DNA of 64,000 bases, taken from Alistipes sp. GTDB taxonomy: Bacteria > Bacteroidota > Bacteroidia > Bacteroidales > Rikenellaceae. The notes under the pieces are model-generated. The model made no database searches and was not told the DNA's origin. It saw nothing but the letters and a program-made list of their open reading frames with translations. Shown one piece after another: positions 47,937-58,884 of the stretch (its first letter is position 1; the number at the start of each line of letters is the position of its first letter). The position numbers and the translations under genes were made by a program. The stretch spans positions 1,643-65,642 of the forward strand of contig JAFSBY010000042.1 of NCBI GenBank assembly GCA_017437045.1, given 5' to 3'.

Positions 47937-48680
47937 TTAATCTCTCAACTTCGCACGCAGGAACTCGCGGTTCAAGCGAGCGATATGTGCAATAGAGATC
48001 CCCTTCGGGCACTCGGCCTGGCAAGCACCCGTGTTGGTGCAGTTACCGAAGCCCAGCTCGTCCATCTTGGCAACCATGGCCTTGGCGCGACGAGCACCCT
48101 CTACGCGACCCTGCGGCAGCTTGGCCAGCGACGAAACGCGGGCAGCCACAAACAGCATAGCCGAACCATTCTTACACGTTGCAGCGCAAGCACCACAACC
48201 TACGCAAGCGGCAGCATCCATCGACTCGTCAGCATCGGCCTTCGGAATCGGAATAGCATTGGCATCGGGTACCGAATTGGTGCGAACCGATACGTAACCA
48301 CCGGCCTGGAGAATCTGGTCGTAAGCACCACGATTCACTACGAGGTCCTTGATCACGGGGAAGGCAGCCGAACGCCACGGCTCGATGGTGATCGTGTCGC
48401 CATCCTTGAACTTGCGCATATAGATCTGGCAGGTCGTGGCATTCTGGCCGGGACCGTGTGCCAAACCGTTGATGTGCAGCGAGCACATACCGCAGATACC
48501 CTCGCGGCAGTCGTGGTCGAATGCCACGGGATCCTTACCCTCGTGTACGAGGTTGTTGTTCAGAATATCGAGCATCTCGAGGAACGACGTGTCAGCCGAA
48601 ATGTCGCTAACCTTGTAGGTCTCGAATGCGCCCTTCGATTTTGCGTCCTTCTGACGCCATATCTTTAAGGTGAAATTCAT
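47937..48680 (-). CDS. sdhB: Succinate dehydrogenase/fumarate reductase Fe-S subunit
   Basis: [31 protein letters not shown]. Confidence 0.97.
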   Translation of the reverse strand: MNFTLKIWRQKDAKSKGAFETYKVSDISADTSFLEMLDILNNNLVHEGKDPVAFDHDCREGICGMCSLHINGLAHGPGQNATTCQIYMRKFKDGDTITIEPWRSAAFPVIKDLVVNRGAYDQILQAGGYVSVRTNSVPDANAIPIPKADADESMDAAACVGCGACAATCKNGSAMLFVAARVSSLAKLPQGRVEGARRAKAMVAKMDELGFGNCTNTGACQAECPKGISIAHIARLNREFLRAKLRD

Positions 48681-48719
48681 AATTTCTGTGTTATTAAAGT
48701 GTTGTACGTCAAAAGTTGA

Positions 48720-50666
48720 TTAGTCTTTGTAGTTACGCTGCTTGCGCTCGGTGAACTCGTAGTCGAGAGCCTCCTTCGTCAGCTCGGGAGCCTCGTCCAT
48801 ACCCTTGTACTCCCATACGGCAGCATAGGAGAACTCCTCGTCGTGACGCAGCGCCTCGCCCTCCTCGGTCTGGTGCTCCGAGCGGAAGTGGCCACCGCAC
48901 GACTCCTCGCGGTTCAAGGCGTCGCGAGCCATCAGCTCACCCAACTCCAGGAAGTCGGCCAGACGCAGTGCCTTCTCCAACTCTACGTTGAACGACATGG
49001 GATCGCCTACGACCTTCACATCCTTCCAGAACTCCTTGCGCAGTGCCTGGATCTCCTTGATAGCGGTGTTGAGCGACTCCTTCGTACGAGCCATGCCGAC
49101 ATTCTCCCACATGATGTTACCCAACTTCTTGTGGATGTCGTCCACCGACTGCTTACCATTGATTGACATCAGCTTGGCGATCTTATCCTTCACGGCCTTC
49201 TCTGCCTCGTCGAATGCAGGCGTATCGGTCTTGACCTTCGGAGCCTGAATCTTCTTAGCGAGGTAATCGCCGATCGTGTAGGGCAGCACGAAGTAACCAT
49301 CGGCCAGACCCTGCATCAGGGCCGAAGCACCCAGACGGTTAGCACCGTGATCCGAGAAGTTGGCCTCACCGATTGCATACAGACCCGGGATCGTGGTCAT
49401 CAGGTTGTAGTCCACCCAAATACCACCCATCGTATAGTGCACGGCGGGGAAGATCTGCATCGGCTCCTTGTAGGGGCTTACGTCGGTGATCTCCTCGTAC
49501 ATGTCGAACAGGTTGCCATAACGCTGCTTGATGATATCCTCACCCAGACGCTCGATGGCGGTCTTGAAATCGAGGAATACGGCCAGACCGGTCTCGTTTA
49601 CACCATAACCGGCATCGCAACGCTCCTTGGCGGCACGTGAAGCCACGTCACGCGGCACGAGGTTACCGAAGGCCGGATAACGACGCTCCAGGTAGTAGTC
49701 GCGGTCCTCCTCGGCGATCTGCGAGGGCTTGAGCGTACCTGCGCGCAGCGCCTTCACATCCTCCAACTTCTTGGGAACCCAGATGCGGCCGTCGTTACGC
49801 AACGACTCCGACATCAGCGTCAGCTTCGACTGCTGCGTGCCGTGTACGGGGATACACGTGGGGTGGATCTGCGTGAAGCAGGGGTTGGCAAAACCGGCAC
49901 CCTTGCGGTAGCACTGGAATGCAGCCGAACCGTTCGAACCCATGGCGTTGGTCGAGAGGAAGAATACGTTACCGTAACCACCCGATGCGATGACCACGGC
50001 GTGTGCACCATGACGCTCGATCTCACCCGTTACGAGGTTGCGAGCGATGATACCGCGAGCCTCGCCATCTTCGACAACGATGTCGAGCATCTCATGACGC
50101 GGATAGCTCTTTACCGAGCCGGCAGCGATCTCCTTGTTCAGGGCAGCGTAGGCACCCAGCAGCAGCTGCTGACCCGTCTGACCACGTGCATAGAAGGTAC
50201 GCGATACCTGGGCACCACCGAACGAACGGTTAGCCAGCAGACCGCCGTACTCACGTGCGAAGGGAACACCCTGGGCTACGCACTGGTCGATAATGAGGTT
50301 CGACACCTCGGCCAGACGATAGACGTTCGCCTCACGAGCGCGGTAGTCACCACCCTTGATCGTATCGTAGAAGAGGCGATAGACCGAGTCGTTGTCGTTC
50401 TGATAGTTTTTAGCGGCGTTGATACCACCCTGTGCGGCGATCGAGTGGGCACGACGGGGCGAGTCCTGAATGCAGAACACCTTGACGTTGTAACCCAGCT
50501 CGCCGAGCGACGCAGCAGCTGCACCACCACCCAGACCGGTACCGATCACGATGATGTCGAGCTTGCGCTTGTTGGCGGGGCTCACTACCTTAATGGCTGC
50601 CTTGTGGTTGCTCCACTTTTCGGCCAGAGCACCGGCAGGAATTTTAGCATCTAATTTGAAAGCCAT
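48720..50666 (-). CDS. sdhA: Succinate dehydrogenase/fumarate reductase flavoprotein
   Basis: GTGLGGG FAD motif, [29 protein letters not shown]. Confidence 0.97.
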   Translation of the reverse strand: MAFKLDAKIPAGALAEKWSNHKAAIKVVSPANKRKLDIIVIGTGLGGGAAAASLGELGYNVKVFCIQDSPRRAHSIAAQGGINAAKNYQNDNDSVYRLFYDTIKGGDYRAREANVYRLAEVSNLIIDQCVAQGVPFAREYGGLLANRSFGGAQVSRTFYARGQTGQQLLLGAYAALNKEIAAGSVKSYPRHEMLDIVVEDGEARGIIARNLVTGEIERHGAHAVVIASGGYGNVFFLSTNAMGSNGSAAFQCYRKGAGFANPCFTQIHPTCIPVHGTQQSKLTLMSESLRNDGRIWVPKKLEDVKALRAGTLKPSQIAEEDRDYYLERRYPAFGNLVPRDVASRAAKERCDAGYGVNETGLAVFLDFKTAIERLGEDIIKQRYGNLFDMYEEITDVSPYKEPMQIFPAVHYTMGGIWVDYNLMTTIPGLYAIGEANFSDHGANRLGASALMQGLADGYFVLPYTIGDYLAKKIQAPKVKTDTPAFDEAEKAVKDKIAKLMSINGKQSVDDIHKKLGNIMWENVGMARTKESLNTAIKEIQALRKEFWKDVKVVGDPMSFNVELEKALRLADFLELGELMARDALNREESCGGHFRSEHQTEEGEALRHDEEFSYAAVWEYKGMDEAPELTKEALDYEFTERKQRNYKD

Positions 50667-50707
50667 ATTGTTGTGTGTTTTATTTGTTCACAAATTGGGT
50701 TTGAGGA

Positions 50708-51421
50708 TTAGCACGCTGCGCAGCAGGGGCAGTGTTGAGCTACGTAGTACCATACTACGACGGCTGCAAAGCCCAGGAAGATGAGCGTAGCCAGTGCGTT
50801 GGCAGCAAACTTCAGACGCGGATACCACGTATCGTTGGCGCAACCGGCCGTCTGGAACATCGACCAGATACCGTGCGTGAGGTGGAACCACAGAGCCACG
50901 AACCATACCAGGTAGATCACGACGTTGTACCACTCCTTGAAGGTGTAGGCGATCAAGGCAGCACCATCGGTCGGCGATACAACCTGACCATTGCAGAGCA
51001 CAACCTCATGGTTGTCGAGCAGCTCCTGCAGCTGCATCTTGGCCCAGAAGTGCGTCAGGTGCAGACCCAGACCCAGCAGGACGATGACACCCAGCACCAA
51101 CATGTTTTTCGACGACCACGACACACCCGGCTCCTTGGTCGTTACGGCATAACGCTGTTTACCGCGAGCACGGTAGTTGTCCAGCGTCAGAATCAGCGCA
51201 TAGCCAAAGTGAACCAATACGCCCAATGCCAATACAACCGTTCCGGCAAGTGCATACCAGTTAGCACCGAGGAATTTGCAGATGGCATCATAGCCCTCGG
51301 GCGAGATGATCGCCACGACGTTCATGGACATGTGGAAGAGGATGAAGAGTACCAGGAACAGACCCGAGAGGCTCATCACCAGCTTCTTGCCCAACGAAGA
51401 ATTGCAAAGAAAGCAGCTCAT
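50708..51421 (-). CDS. sdhC: Succinate dehydrogenase cytochrome b subunit
   Basis: KKLVMSLSGLFL..FHM, HLTHFW, HLTHGIWSMFQT; operon position. Confidence 0.93.
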   Translation of the reverse strand: MSCFLCNSSLGKKLVMSLSGLFLVLFILFHMSMNVVAIISPEGYDAICKFLGANWYALAGTVVLALGVLVHFGYALILTLDNYRARGKQRYAVTTKEPGVSWSSKNMLVLGVIVLLGLGLHLTHFWAKMQLQELLDNHEVVLCNGQVVSPTDGAALIAYTFKEWYNVVIYLVWFVALWFHLTHGIWSMFQTAGCANDTWYPRLKFAANALATLIFLGFAAVVVWYYVAQHCPCCAAC

Positions 51422-51589
51422 AATGAATTAAATTTGTTGTTTGTTATGTAATGAATTGAAATTTCTGCCTACAAAGATAGTTATTGTTTGTGGAATAACA
51501 AACCTTCTGGTCGCTTTTCTTTGGATAAAAAATAGGTGTAGAGGCCGTTCTATTTGTATTTTTCGTGCTTTTGGTGTAAATTTGCCTCG

Positions 51590-53419
51590 ATGAGTAGCGA
51601 TAAGCAGGCGTTGAAGGAGCAGGTGGCCCAGCTGCCGCTTTCGCCCGGGGTCTATCAATTTGTAGATCGTCGGGGCGAGATCATCTACGTCGGTAAGGCC
51701 AAATCGTTGCGCCGTCGTGTCAGCTCCTATTTCGTGGAGAGCAAAGAGCACTCGGTTAAGGTGCGAGTGCTGGTCAAGCAGATTGTCGAGATTCGCCATA
51801 TTGTCGTCGATTCGGAGCAGGATGCCCTGCTGCTGGAAAATTCACTCATCAAGAGCCTCCAACCGCGCTACAATATCCTGCTCAAGGACGATAAGACCTA
51901 TCCCTGGATCGTGATTCGCCGTGAGCCGTTCCCGCGTGTGGAGTCCACGCGCAGGTTGTTGCGTGACGGGTCGCACTATTTTGGCCCTTACAGCTCGATC
52001 TCGATGCAGCGCAGCATCCTCGAATTTATCCGCGAAGTGGTCCCTTTGCGCACCTGTCGGCTGAATCTTGCGCCGGCCGAGATCGCACGCGGCCGCCATA
52101 CGGTCTGCCTGCAATACCATCTGGGCAATTGCCGTGGTGCCTGCATCGGTGCACAAACCGAAGCGGAGTATGAGGCTGATCTACAACTCGTTCGGTCGAT
52201 CCTGAAGGGCGACCTTCGTCCCGTGCGCGCCTATCTGACCGCGCAAATGGAGCAGGCGGCCGAGGCGTTGCTTTTTGAACAGGCCCATCGCTACAAACAG
52301 CGACTCGATGCCCTCGATAACTATGCCGCCCGTTCGGTGATCGTCAGCCCGAAGATCACCGATACGGATGTCTTCTCGCTGCTGGTCGATGACGATGTGG
52401 CCTATTGCAATTTTGTGCGTATTCGCCACGGTTCGGTGGTCGGTGTTACCACGGCGCGACTGACAACGGGTGTCGATAGCTCGGAGGCCGAGATGCTGAC
52501 CCTCGGCATGCAGCACTTAGTCGAGCAGGTGGCCGAGGGCGCGCTGGCACGCGAGGTGATCGTCCCCTTCCTGCCCTCGGCGACGATGCTCTTCGATGGG
52601 GTGACCTTCACGATTCCGAAGCGGGGTGAGAAGCTCGAATTGTTGGAGTTTTCCCAACGCAGTGCCCGCATCTATCGTGCCGAACAGCTTAAAAACCTGG
52701 AGATCAAGAATCCCGAACGCCATACCGAACGCTTGATGGAGTCCATGCGCAAGGAGTTGCATCTGACGCGACAGCCGCGCCACATCGAATGTTTCGATAA
52801 CTCCAACCTGCAGGGTACCTATCCCGTGGCTTCGTGTGTTGTTTTTCGTGATGGCAAGCCCTCGCGGAGCGAATATCGCCACTTCAATGTCAAGACGGTC
52901 GAGGGCCCGGATGATTTTGCCTCGATGCGCGAGATTGTCTATCGCCGTTACAGCCGCCTGCTCGAAGAGGGGGCCGAGCTGCCCGATCTGATCATTGTCG
53001 ATGGTGGCAAGGGGCAGCTTTCGAGTGCCTACGGGGTCTTGTGCGAGTTGGGAATTGCTGACCGCGTGCCGATTGTGGGTCTGGCCAAGCGCATCGAGGA
53101 GATCTTCTTCCCGCACGATCCGATGCCCTACTATTTGAGCCGTACGGGCGAGCCGCTGAAGGTGGTCTGCCACCTGCGCGATGAGGCGCACCGCTTTGGC
53201 ATTACCTTCCATCGACAGAAACGAAGCAAGGGGTTCATCCATAGCGAGTTGGAGCAGATCGAGGGGGTGGGCGAGCGCACGATTAGCGTGCTCTTGAACC
53301 ATTTCCGCACGGTGGAGAAGGTGCGCACGGCCCATATCGAGGAGCTTTCGGCCCTGATCGGTCCGGCAAAGGCGCGCAAGGTGAAAGCCTATTTTGACAA
53401 TCGGAAACAGACAAAATAA
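51590..53419 (+). CDS. uvrC: Excinuclease ABC subunit C
   Basis: GIY-YIG (PGVYQF..IYVGKAKSLR), IECFDNSN, LIIVDGGKGQL, C-terminal HhH. Confidence 0.97.
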   Translation: MSSDKQALKEQVAQLPLSPGVYQFVDRRGEIIYVGKAKSLRRRVSSYFVESKEHSVKVRVLVKQIVEIRHIVVDSEQDALLLENSLIKSLQPRYNILLKDDKTYPWIVIRREPFPRVESTRRLLRDGSHYFGPYSSISMQRSILEFIREVVPLRTCRLNLAPAEIARGRHTVCLQYHLGNCRGACIGAQTEAEYEADLQLVRSILKGDLRPVRAYLTAQMEQAAEALLFEQAHRYKQRLDALDNYAARSVIVSPKITDTDVFSLLVDDDVAYCNFVRIRHGSVVGVTTARLTTGVDSSEAEMLTLGMQHLVEQVAEGALAREVIVPFLPSATMLFDGVTFTIPKRGEKLELLEFSQRSARIYRAEQLKNLEIKNPERHTERLMESMRKELHLTRQPRHIECFDNSNLQGTYPVASCVVFRDGKPSRSEYRHFNVKTVEGPDDFASMREIVYRRYSRLLEEGAELPDLIIVDGGKGQLSSAYGVLCELGIADRVPIVGLAKRIEEIFFPHDPMPYYLSRTGEPLKVVCHLRDEAHRFGITFHRQKRSKGFIHSELEQIEGVGERTISVLLNHFRTVEKVRTAHIEELSALIGPAKARKVKAYFDNRKQTK

Positions 53420-53439
53420 GTTGAAAAAACAGTAATATT

Positions 53440-54354
53440 ATGGCAAAGAAACACACACTGAAAGATTGGATCATGGTGACGCGCCCCTGGTCGTTTACCG
53501 CTTCGGGCCTGACCGTCGTGACGGCGTTGATCTATCTGCATTGGCTGACCGGAGCGGTCCATTGGGGCTATGGTTGGTGGGCCGTAGGGGCCATTATTCT
53601 CTTCCATGCAGCCGGTAATACCTGGAGCGACTACCACGATTTCCGCTCGGGGGTAGATACCGTGGAGGGGGCTATCAGCATCCCGACCCTGCGTGAGGGA
53701 ATCTTCACACCGAAGCAGGTTCGCAACCTCTCCTTAGTCTTGTTGGCCTTAGCTGTGGCCTCGGGTGTCGCTTTGATGTGTTTTACGGGCTGGTGGCTGT
53801 TGGCAATCGGAGTGGGCGGTATTCTCTGCACGCTCTGCTATCCCTATTTGAAATATCGCGCTTTGGGCGATTTGGTAATTCTGCTTGCCTATGGTCTTCT
53901 GCCGGCAATCGGTACCTCGTTTGTGGCGCTGGGACACATTGATTGGCGCGTGCTGTGGGTTGCCCTGCCGGTAGGTCTGTTGGTCGATGCGATTTTGCAT
54001 GCCAATAATACGCGTGACATGGCGACCGATCGTCGCGCCTCGATCCGCACGATGGCACATGGCTTGGGTCTGCGTGGGTCGGTGGTGCTCTATGTGCTCG
54101 AGGTGTTGTTCCCCTTTGTGTGGGTGGCCGTGTTGGTGCCCTTTAAGATCTTCCCCCTGTGGTCGTTGATGTTGGTGGCTGTAATGCGTGTTGCGATGCG
54201 CAATAGTGCCCAGATGCGCGCCTATAAAGATACGGAAAATCCGGCTGAAATTGCCACCCTCGATCAGCGATCGGCACAACTGCAGATGCTCTTCTGTCTG
54301 GTGATGATCGCTTCGCTATTGTTAGATGCTTACCTGAAAACGCTGATCGGATGA
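53440..54354 (+). CDS. menA: 1,4-dihydroxy-2-naphthoate prenyltransferase (UbiA family)
   Basis: VTRPWSF, NTWSDYHDFRSGVD, LHANNTRDMATD. Confidence 0.85.
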   Translation: MAKKHTLKDWIMVTRPWSFTASGLTVVTALIYLHWLTGAVHWGYGWWAVGAIILFHAAGNTWSDYHDFRSGVDTVEGAISIPTLREGIFTPKQVRNLSLVLLALAVASGVALMCFTGWWLLAIGVGGILCTLCYPYLKYRALGDLVILLAYGLLPAIGTSFVALGHIDWRVLWVALPVGLLVDAILHANNTRDMATDRRASIRTMAHGLGLRGSVVLYVLEVLFPFVWVAVLVPFKIFPLWSLMLVAVMRVAMRNSAQMRAYKDTENPAEIATLDQRSAQLQMLFCLVMIASLLLDAYLKTLIG

Positions 54355-54968
54355 GACGACTGATCTTTTCGCTCGTGGTCGCACTGCTGCTCTGGACGTT
54401 GATGTTCTCGCCGTGGACCGCCCCCCACTTTGATTTTTGGACCGCCATGAGTGGCTCGGCGGCGATCTTGATCGGCCTGGCTACGCTCTTTGCAGCCCCT
54501 TGGTGGCGCAAGCTGCAACTGACGCGTGAGAATCTGGTGCTGGGCTTGGGGATTGCCTTGGTGCTCTGGGGCGTGTTCTGGGTTGGGGATAAGGCCTCGT
54601 CGTGGCTCTTCGATTTTGCCCGTGAGCAGGTCGATTCGATCTATGGCATCAAGGGGGAGACTTCGCCCTGGGTGCTTTCGCTGCTGTTGCTGCTGCTGAT
54701 CGGCCCGGCCGAGGAGATCTTCTGGCGCAGCTATGTGCAGGATCGCCTGTCGGCCAAGTGGGGCCCCAATCGAGGCTTCCTGCTCGCTACGGCGGCCTAT
54801 ACATTGGTCCATCTGCCGTCGGGTAACTTTATGCTCGTGATGGCCTCGATGGTCTGTGGCCTGGCATGGGGCGGGCTCTATCGCGTGATGCCCCAACGCT
54901 TTGCGGCTATTCTGATTTCACACGCCGTGTGGGATGCAGCGGTCTTTGTGTGGTTCCCGATCATGTAG
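54351..54968 (+). CDS. CPBP (CAAX/Abi) family intramembrane metalloprotease
   Basis: PAEEIFWR, TLVH, ILISHAVWD. Confidence 0.9.
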   Translation: MRRLIFSLVVALLLWTLMFSPWTAPHFDFWTAMSGSAAILIGLATLFAAPWWRKLQLTRENLVLGLGIALVLWGVFWVGDKASSWLFDFAREQVDSIYGIKGETSPWVLSLLLLLLIGPAEEIFWRSYVQDRLSAKWGPNRGFLLATAAYTLVHLPSGNFMLVMASMVCGLAWGGLYRVMPQRFAAILISHAVWDAAVFVWFPIM

Positions 54969-54990
54969 TTCTGACTAAACCACTCCTAAC

Positions 54991-55035
54991 CAAAAGGGAC
55001 TGTCCTCAACCTGCTTGTTGTGACAGTCCCTTTTG
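54991..55035. repeat. Family F hairpin / bidirectional terminator
   Basis: caaaagggactgtc / gacagtcccttttg arms between convergent genes. Confidence 0.75.
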
Positions 55036-55055
55036 TTGATGCTGTAGTGGTCGAT

Positions 55056-55661
55056 TTACGCGCCCCGCTCGAAGCCGAAGCCGAGATAGACGCTTTCGTA
55101 GTTCTCGAGCATTTTGATAATCGTTTGCAGGTAGCTGATGTTGCTGCCGACGCTCTTGATCAGCTGCAGGAGCTTATTGACCGGAAAGACCAATTGCAGT
55201 TTCGAGCCGTCGATGTAGGCCTTAGCACTCATCGAGCCGAGCAACTTCGCATCGAACGAGAACTGCATCGTGTGGCTCTCGGGGTCGAACGTGTAGGTGC
55301 CTTTCAGCTCTTTCTTGCCCAGCGTGGCCGTGAAGGTGTTGTCTGATTGGAAGGTGAATGAGGCGGCACCCGCTTTGATGCCGACAAATTGATAGGCCTT
55401 CTCGAGCTTGGGCGTGATGGTCGATTCGATGGCCGAACTGCTCAGGTTGGAGAGCATGTCGTCGCTCTCGAAGCGCACGGCAGGCTCTTTGTAGTTCCAT
55501 GTGCCCTGGATGGCCGTAGCGGTCAATTTGCCGCCGGTCAGCTGATCAACCAATTCGGTGGCTGCACCCGAGGTGAGCTCTTTCAGGATGTCGTCCCAGG
55601 ATTGGGCCGAGAGGGTCGTGGTGCCCAAGAGTAGCAGCAATATACAATAGAGTCTCTTCAT
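55056..55661 (-). CDS. Exported protein, DUF4923 (lipocalin-like) family
   Basis: Signal peptide; GTWNYKEPAVRFESD, KLEKAYQFVGIK, GTYTFD. Confidence 0.75.
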   Translation of the reverse strand: MKRLYCILLLLLGTTTLSAQSWDDILKELTSGAATELVDQLTGGKLTATAIQGTWNYKEPAVRFESDDMLSNLSSSAIESTITPKLEKAYQFVGIKAGAASFTFQSDNTFTATLGKKELKGTYTFDPESHTMQFSFDAKLLGSMSAKAYIDGSKLQLVFPVNKLLQLIKSVGSNISYLQTIIKMLENYESVYLGFGFERGA

Positions 55662-55675
55662 AGCTGTGTGGTGGT

Positions 55676-57610
55676 TTATTGGTATAAAGATTCGATTTCG
55701 TTGAACCACATGCGGGCCGAGGCATCGGAAGGCATACGCCAAGCACCACGCGGTGAGAGCGATACCGAGCCGACCTTCGGGCCATCGGGCATGGCCGAAC
55801 GTTTGAATTGTTGCGAGAAGAATCGACGGAAGAAGACCTCGATCCAATGGCGAATGGTCTCGCGGTCATAGAGGCCCTGGAAGGCAATCTCGGCTACATA
55901 GAGTAATTTGCGCGGCCCATAGCCCGAATGGATGAAGTGGTAGAGGAAGAAGTCGTGCAACTCATAGGGCCCGACCAGATTCTCGGTCTTTTGGTCGATC
56001 TCACCCTGCTTGTTGGCGGGTAACAGCTCGGGACTGACGGGCGTAGCCACCACATCGAGCAGAATCTCGCGGATGCGGTCGCCTGCGGCATACTGCTCGG
56101 CCGACCAGCTGACCAGCGCGCGAACGAGGGTCTTGGGGACCGAGCCATTGATGCCATACATCGACATCTGATCCCCGTTGTAGGTTGCCCAGCCCAAGGC
56201 CAATTCGCTCAAATCGCCCGTGCCGATCACAATCGCATTCTCCATGTTGGCCAGATCCATCAAGATCTGCGTGCGCTCGCGAGCTTGGGCATTCTCATAG
56301 GCTGCCGAGCGGTCGGCCGGGTCGAGTGCAATGTCGCGGAAGTGTTGCTCGCAGGCTGCCCGAATCGAAATCTCACGAGAGGTGATGCCCAGCAGCTCCA
56401 TCAGTTCGACGGCGTTTTGGTAGGTGCGATCCGAGGTGCCGAATCCCGGCATCGTAACACCGATAATCTGCTTGCGGTCGATGCCCAACTTATCGAACGT
56501 GCGTACCACCGCCAGCAGAGCCAGGGTCGAATCCAGTCCACCCGAGATGCCGAGGATGGCGCGAGTGCAGTGGGTATGTTGGAGCCGTTTTGCCAAGCCG
56601 TGCGATTGGATCTCGAGAACTTCGTGGTAGAAGGTGTTCGGATCTTCGTCGGCTTGGGGCAGGAACGGCGTGGGCGAAATGGTTCGATCCAACCCGGTGG
56701 TCTGCATCGGCTCGGGGATCTCCATCTCGATGACCATATTTTCGTCTCCGGCATGATTGACACGGAATGAGGTGTTGCTACGACGCTCAAACTCCAGATA
56801 TTGGATGTCGATATCGGCTACGATGAGCTGCTCGTCCAGCGAGAAACGCTCCGATTCGGCCAACAACTTACCATTTTCGGCAATGAAGGCCTTACCGGCA
56901 AAGACCAGATCGGTCGAGGACTCGCCAAAACCGGCCGAGGTATAGACATAGGCCGAGAGTGTACGAGCCGACTGCTGCGAGATGAGCTGACGCTGGTAGT
57001 TGTGTTTCCCGACCTTCTCGGGCGAGGCCGAGAGGTTGAAGATCACCTTCGCACCGTCGAGCGCCAACTGCGACGAAGGGGGTTGCGGCACCCACAGATC
57101 CTCGCAGATCTCCATGCCGAACTCCACGCCATTGACCTCGAAGGTCAGCCCTACGCCAAAGTCGCTCGTCAGATCGCCAATCGTGATCTGCTCCTCTGTG
57201 ATGCCGGCACCCGAGGTGAAGACGCGGTTCTCGTAGAACTCCGAGTAGTCGGGGATGTAGCTCTTCGGCACGACGCCCAGAATCTTACCCTGCGAGAGGG
57301 CTACGCCGCAGTTGTAGATGGCCGATCCGTGGCGGAGCGGTGTGCCCACCAAGACCACCAACGGCAATTTGCGGGTCTTGCGTACCAAGCGCACCAGAGC
57401 CTGCTCGGCGGCATCGAGCAACGTAGGTTGCAAGAACAGATCGCCACACGTGTAGGAGGTGATGGCCAACTCGGGAAAGGCGACGATCTCGGCACCCCGA
57501 CGAGCCGCCTGCTCCGAGAGGGCAATGATATGATCGACATTGTGGTCGCAGTTGGCCACCTCGACATGAGGTACCGCGGCTGCAACCTTCAGAAAACCAT
57601 ACGCGTTCAT
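55676..57610 (-). CDS. nadE: Glutamine-dependent NAD+ synthetase
   Basis: Nitrilase domain (FPEL, EICEDLW) plus SGGLDST, YENAQARERTQ, GTGDLSELALGW. Confidence 0.96.
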   Translation of the reverse strand: MNAYGFLKVAAAVPHVEVANCDHNVDHIIALSEQAARRGAEIVAFPELAITSYTCGDLFLQPTLLDAAEQALVRLVRKTRKLPLVVLVGTPLRHGSAIYNCGVALSQGKILGVVPKSYIPDYSEFYENRVFTSGAGITEEQITIGDLTSDFGVGLTFEVNGVEFGMEICEDLWVPQPPSSQLALDGAKVIFNLSASPEKVGKHNYQRQLISQQSARTLSAYVYTSAGFGESSTDLVFAGKAFIAENGKLLAESERFSLDEQLIVADIDIQYLEFERRSNTSFRVNHAGDENMVIEMEIPEPMQTTGLDRTISPTPFLPQADEDPNTFYHEVLEIQSHGLAKRLQHTHCTRAILGISGGLDSTLALLAVVRTFDKLGIDRKQIIGVTMPGFGTSDRTYQNAVELMELLGITSREISIRAACEQHFRDIALDPADRSAAYENAQARERTQILMDLANMENAIVIGTGDLSELALGWATYNGDQMSMYGINGSVPKTLVRALVSWSAEQYAAGDRIREILLDVVATPVSPELLPANKQGEIDQKTENLVGPYELHDFFLYHFIHSGYGPRKLLYVAEIAFQGLYDRETIRHWIEVFFRRFFSQQFKRSAMPDGPKVGSVSLSPRGAWRMPSDASARMWFNEIESLYQ

Positions 57611-57627
57611 TGTTTTTCTTCTTGGTT

Positions 57628-58845
57628 TTATTTAGCCCATAATTGTACCAGATTCAGGATCACCTGCAGGGCACGTTGCATGGTCGTGAGCGAACAATAC
57701 TCATAGCGGCCGTGGAAGTTCATGCCTCCGGTGAAGAGGTTCGGGCACGGCAGCCCCATGAACGAGAGACGGGCACCATCTGTACCGCCACGAATCGGGC
57801 GTACGAGCGGCTTGACACCGGCCTGCTCCATCGCCTCGATGGCTCGCTCGATCACCTCGGGATGTGGCTCGACCATCTTGCGCATGTTGTAGTATTGATC
57901 CTTGAGGATCAGATTGACGGCATCACCGCCATACTTGGCACGCAGGAAGTCGACTGCCGACCACATGAAACGTTTGCGTTGCTCGAAACGGTCGGCATCG
58001 TGGTCGCGGATGATGTAGGAGAGCTGCGCCTCCTCGACCGTGCCACTCACACCGACGCAGTGGTAGAAACCCTCATAGCCCTCGGTGTGCTCGGGACGCT
58101 CCCACGTGGGCAGCAGATGCATCATCTCGCCGGCAATTTCGATCGCATTGATCATCTTGTTCTTGGCATATCCCGGGTGTACGTTGCGCCCTTTGATCAC
58201 CACCTTGGCACTTGCAGCGTTGAAATTCTCATACTCCAACTCGCCCTCCATGCCGCCATCGACCGTGTAGGCAAAGTCGGCACCAAAGGCTGCGACGTCG
58301 AAGAAATCGACCCCTCGACCCACCTCCTCGTCGGGGGTGAAGCCGATGCGGATCTTGCCGTGTTTGATCTCGGGGTGGGTGAGCAGGTACTCGGCTGCGG
58401 TCATGATCTCGGCTACACCGGCCTTGTCATCGGCACCGAGCAGCGTCGTGCCATCCGTGTGGATGAGCGTGTGTCCCTTGAAGAAGGTCAGCTCGGGGAA
58501 CTCCTCCACGCGCATCGTCAGGGCGTTGTTCAGCTTGATGTCAGCTCCATCGTACGACTCGATGATGTGCGGTTTGACATCCTTGCCACTCATGTCGGGC
58601 GAGGTGTCCACATGGGCGATCAGACCGATCACAGGGGCAGCTTCGCACCCTGCCGAGGCGGGGATCGAGCCCATGACGTAGCCATATTTATCCATCGTGA
58701 CCTCGGTCATGCCCAAGGCCTCCATCTCCTCCTTCAGGGCATTAAGCAGCACCTTCTGCTTCTCGGTTGAGGGGAATGTCTCGCTCGTCTCGTCCGACTG
58801 GGTGTCGAATGCGACATATTTCAAGAAACGATCTAACAACTCCAT
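57628..58845 (-). CDS. pepT: Peptidase T
   Basis: IAHVDTS, LGADDKAG, FTPDEEVG, PIRGGTDG. Confidence 0.97.
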   Translation of the reverse strand: MELLDRFLKYVAFDTQSDETSETFPSTEKQKVLLNALKEEMEALGMTEVTMDKYGYVMGSIPASAGCEAAPVIGLIAHVDTSPDMSGKDVKPHIIESYDGADIKLNNALTMRVEEFPELTFFKGHTLIHTDGTTLLGADDKAGVAEIMTAAEYLLTHPEIKHGKIRIGFTPDEEVGRGVDFFDVAAFGADFAYTVDGGMEGELEYENFNAASAKVVIKGRNVHPGYAKNKMINAIEIAGEMMHLLPTWERPEHTEGYEGFYHCVGVSGTVEEAQLSYIIRDHDADRFEQRKRFMWSAVDFLRAKYGGDAVNLILKDQYYNMRKMVEPHPEVIERAIEAMEQAGVKPLVRPIRGGTDGARLSFMGLPCPNLFTGGMNFHGRYEYCSLTTMQRALQVILNLVQLWAK

Positions 58846-58884
58846 AAATCTGCTAATTTTGAATGCTAAAATTTGAACTGAACA

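Noticed and set aside
51421-51464. Direct repeat TAATGAATT(A/G)AA(A)TTT upstream of sdhC
   Set aside because: AT-rich, overlaps the start codon and could arise by chance; no palindrome matching a known regulator.
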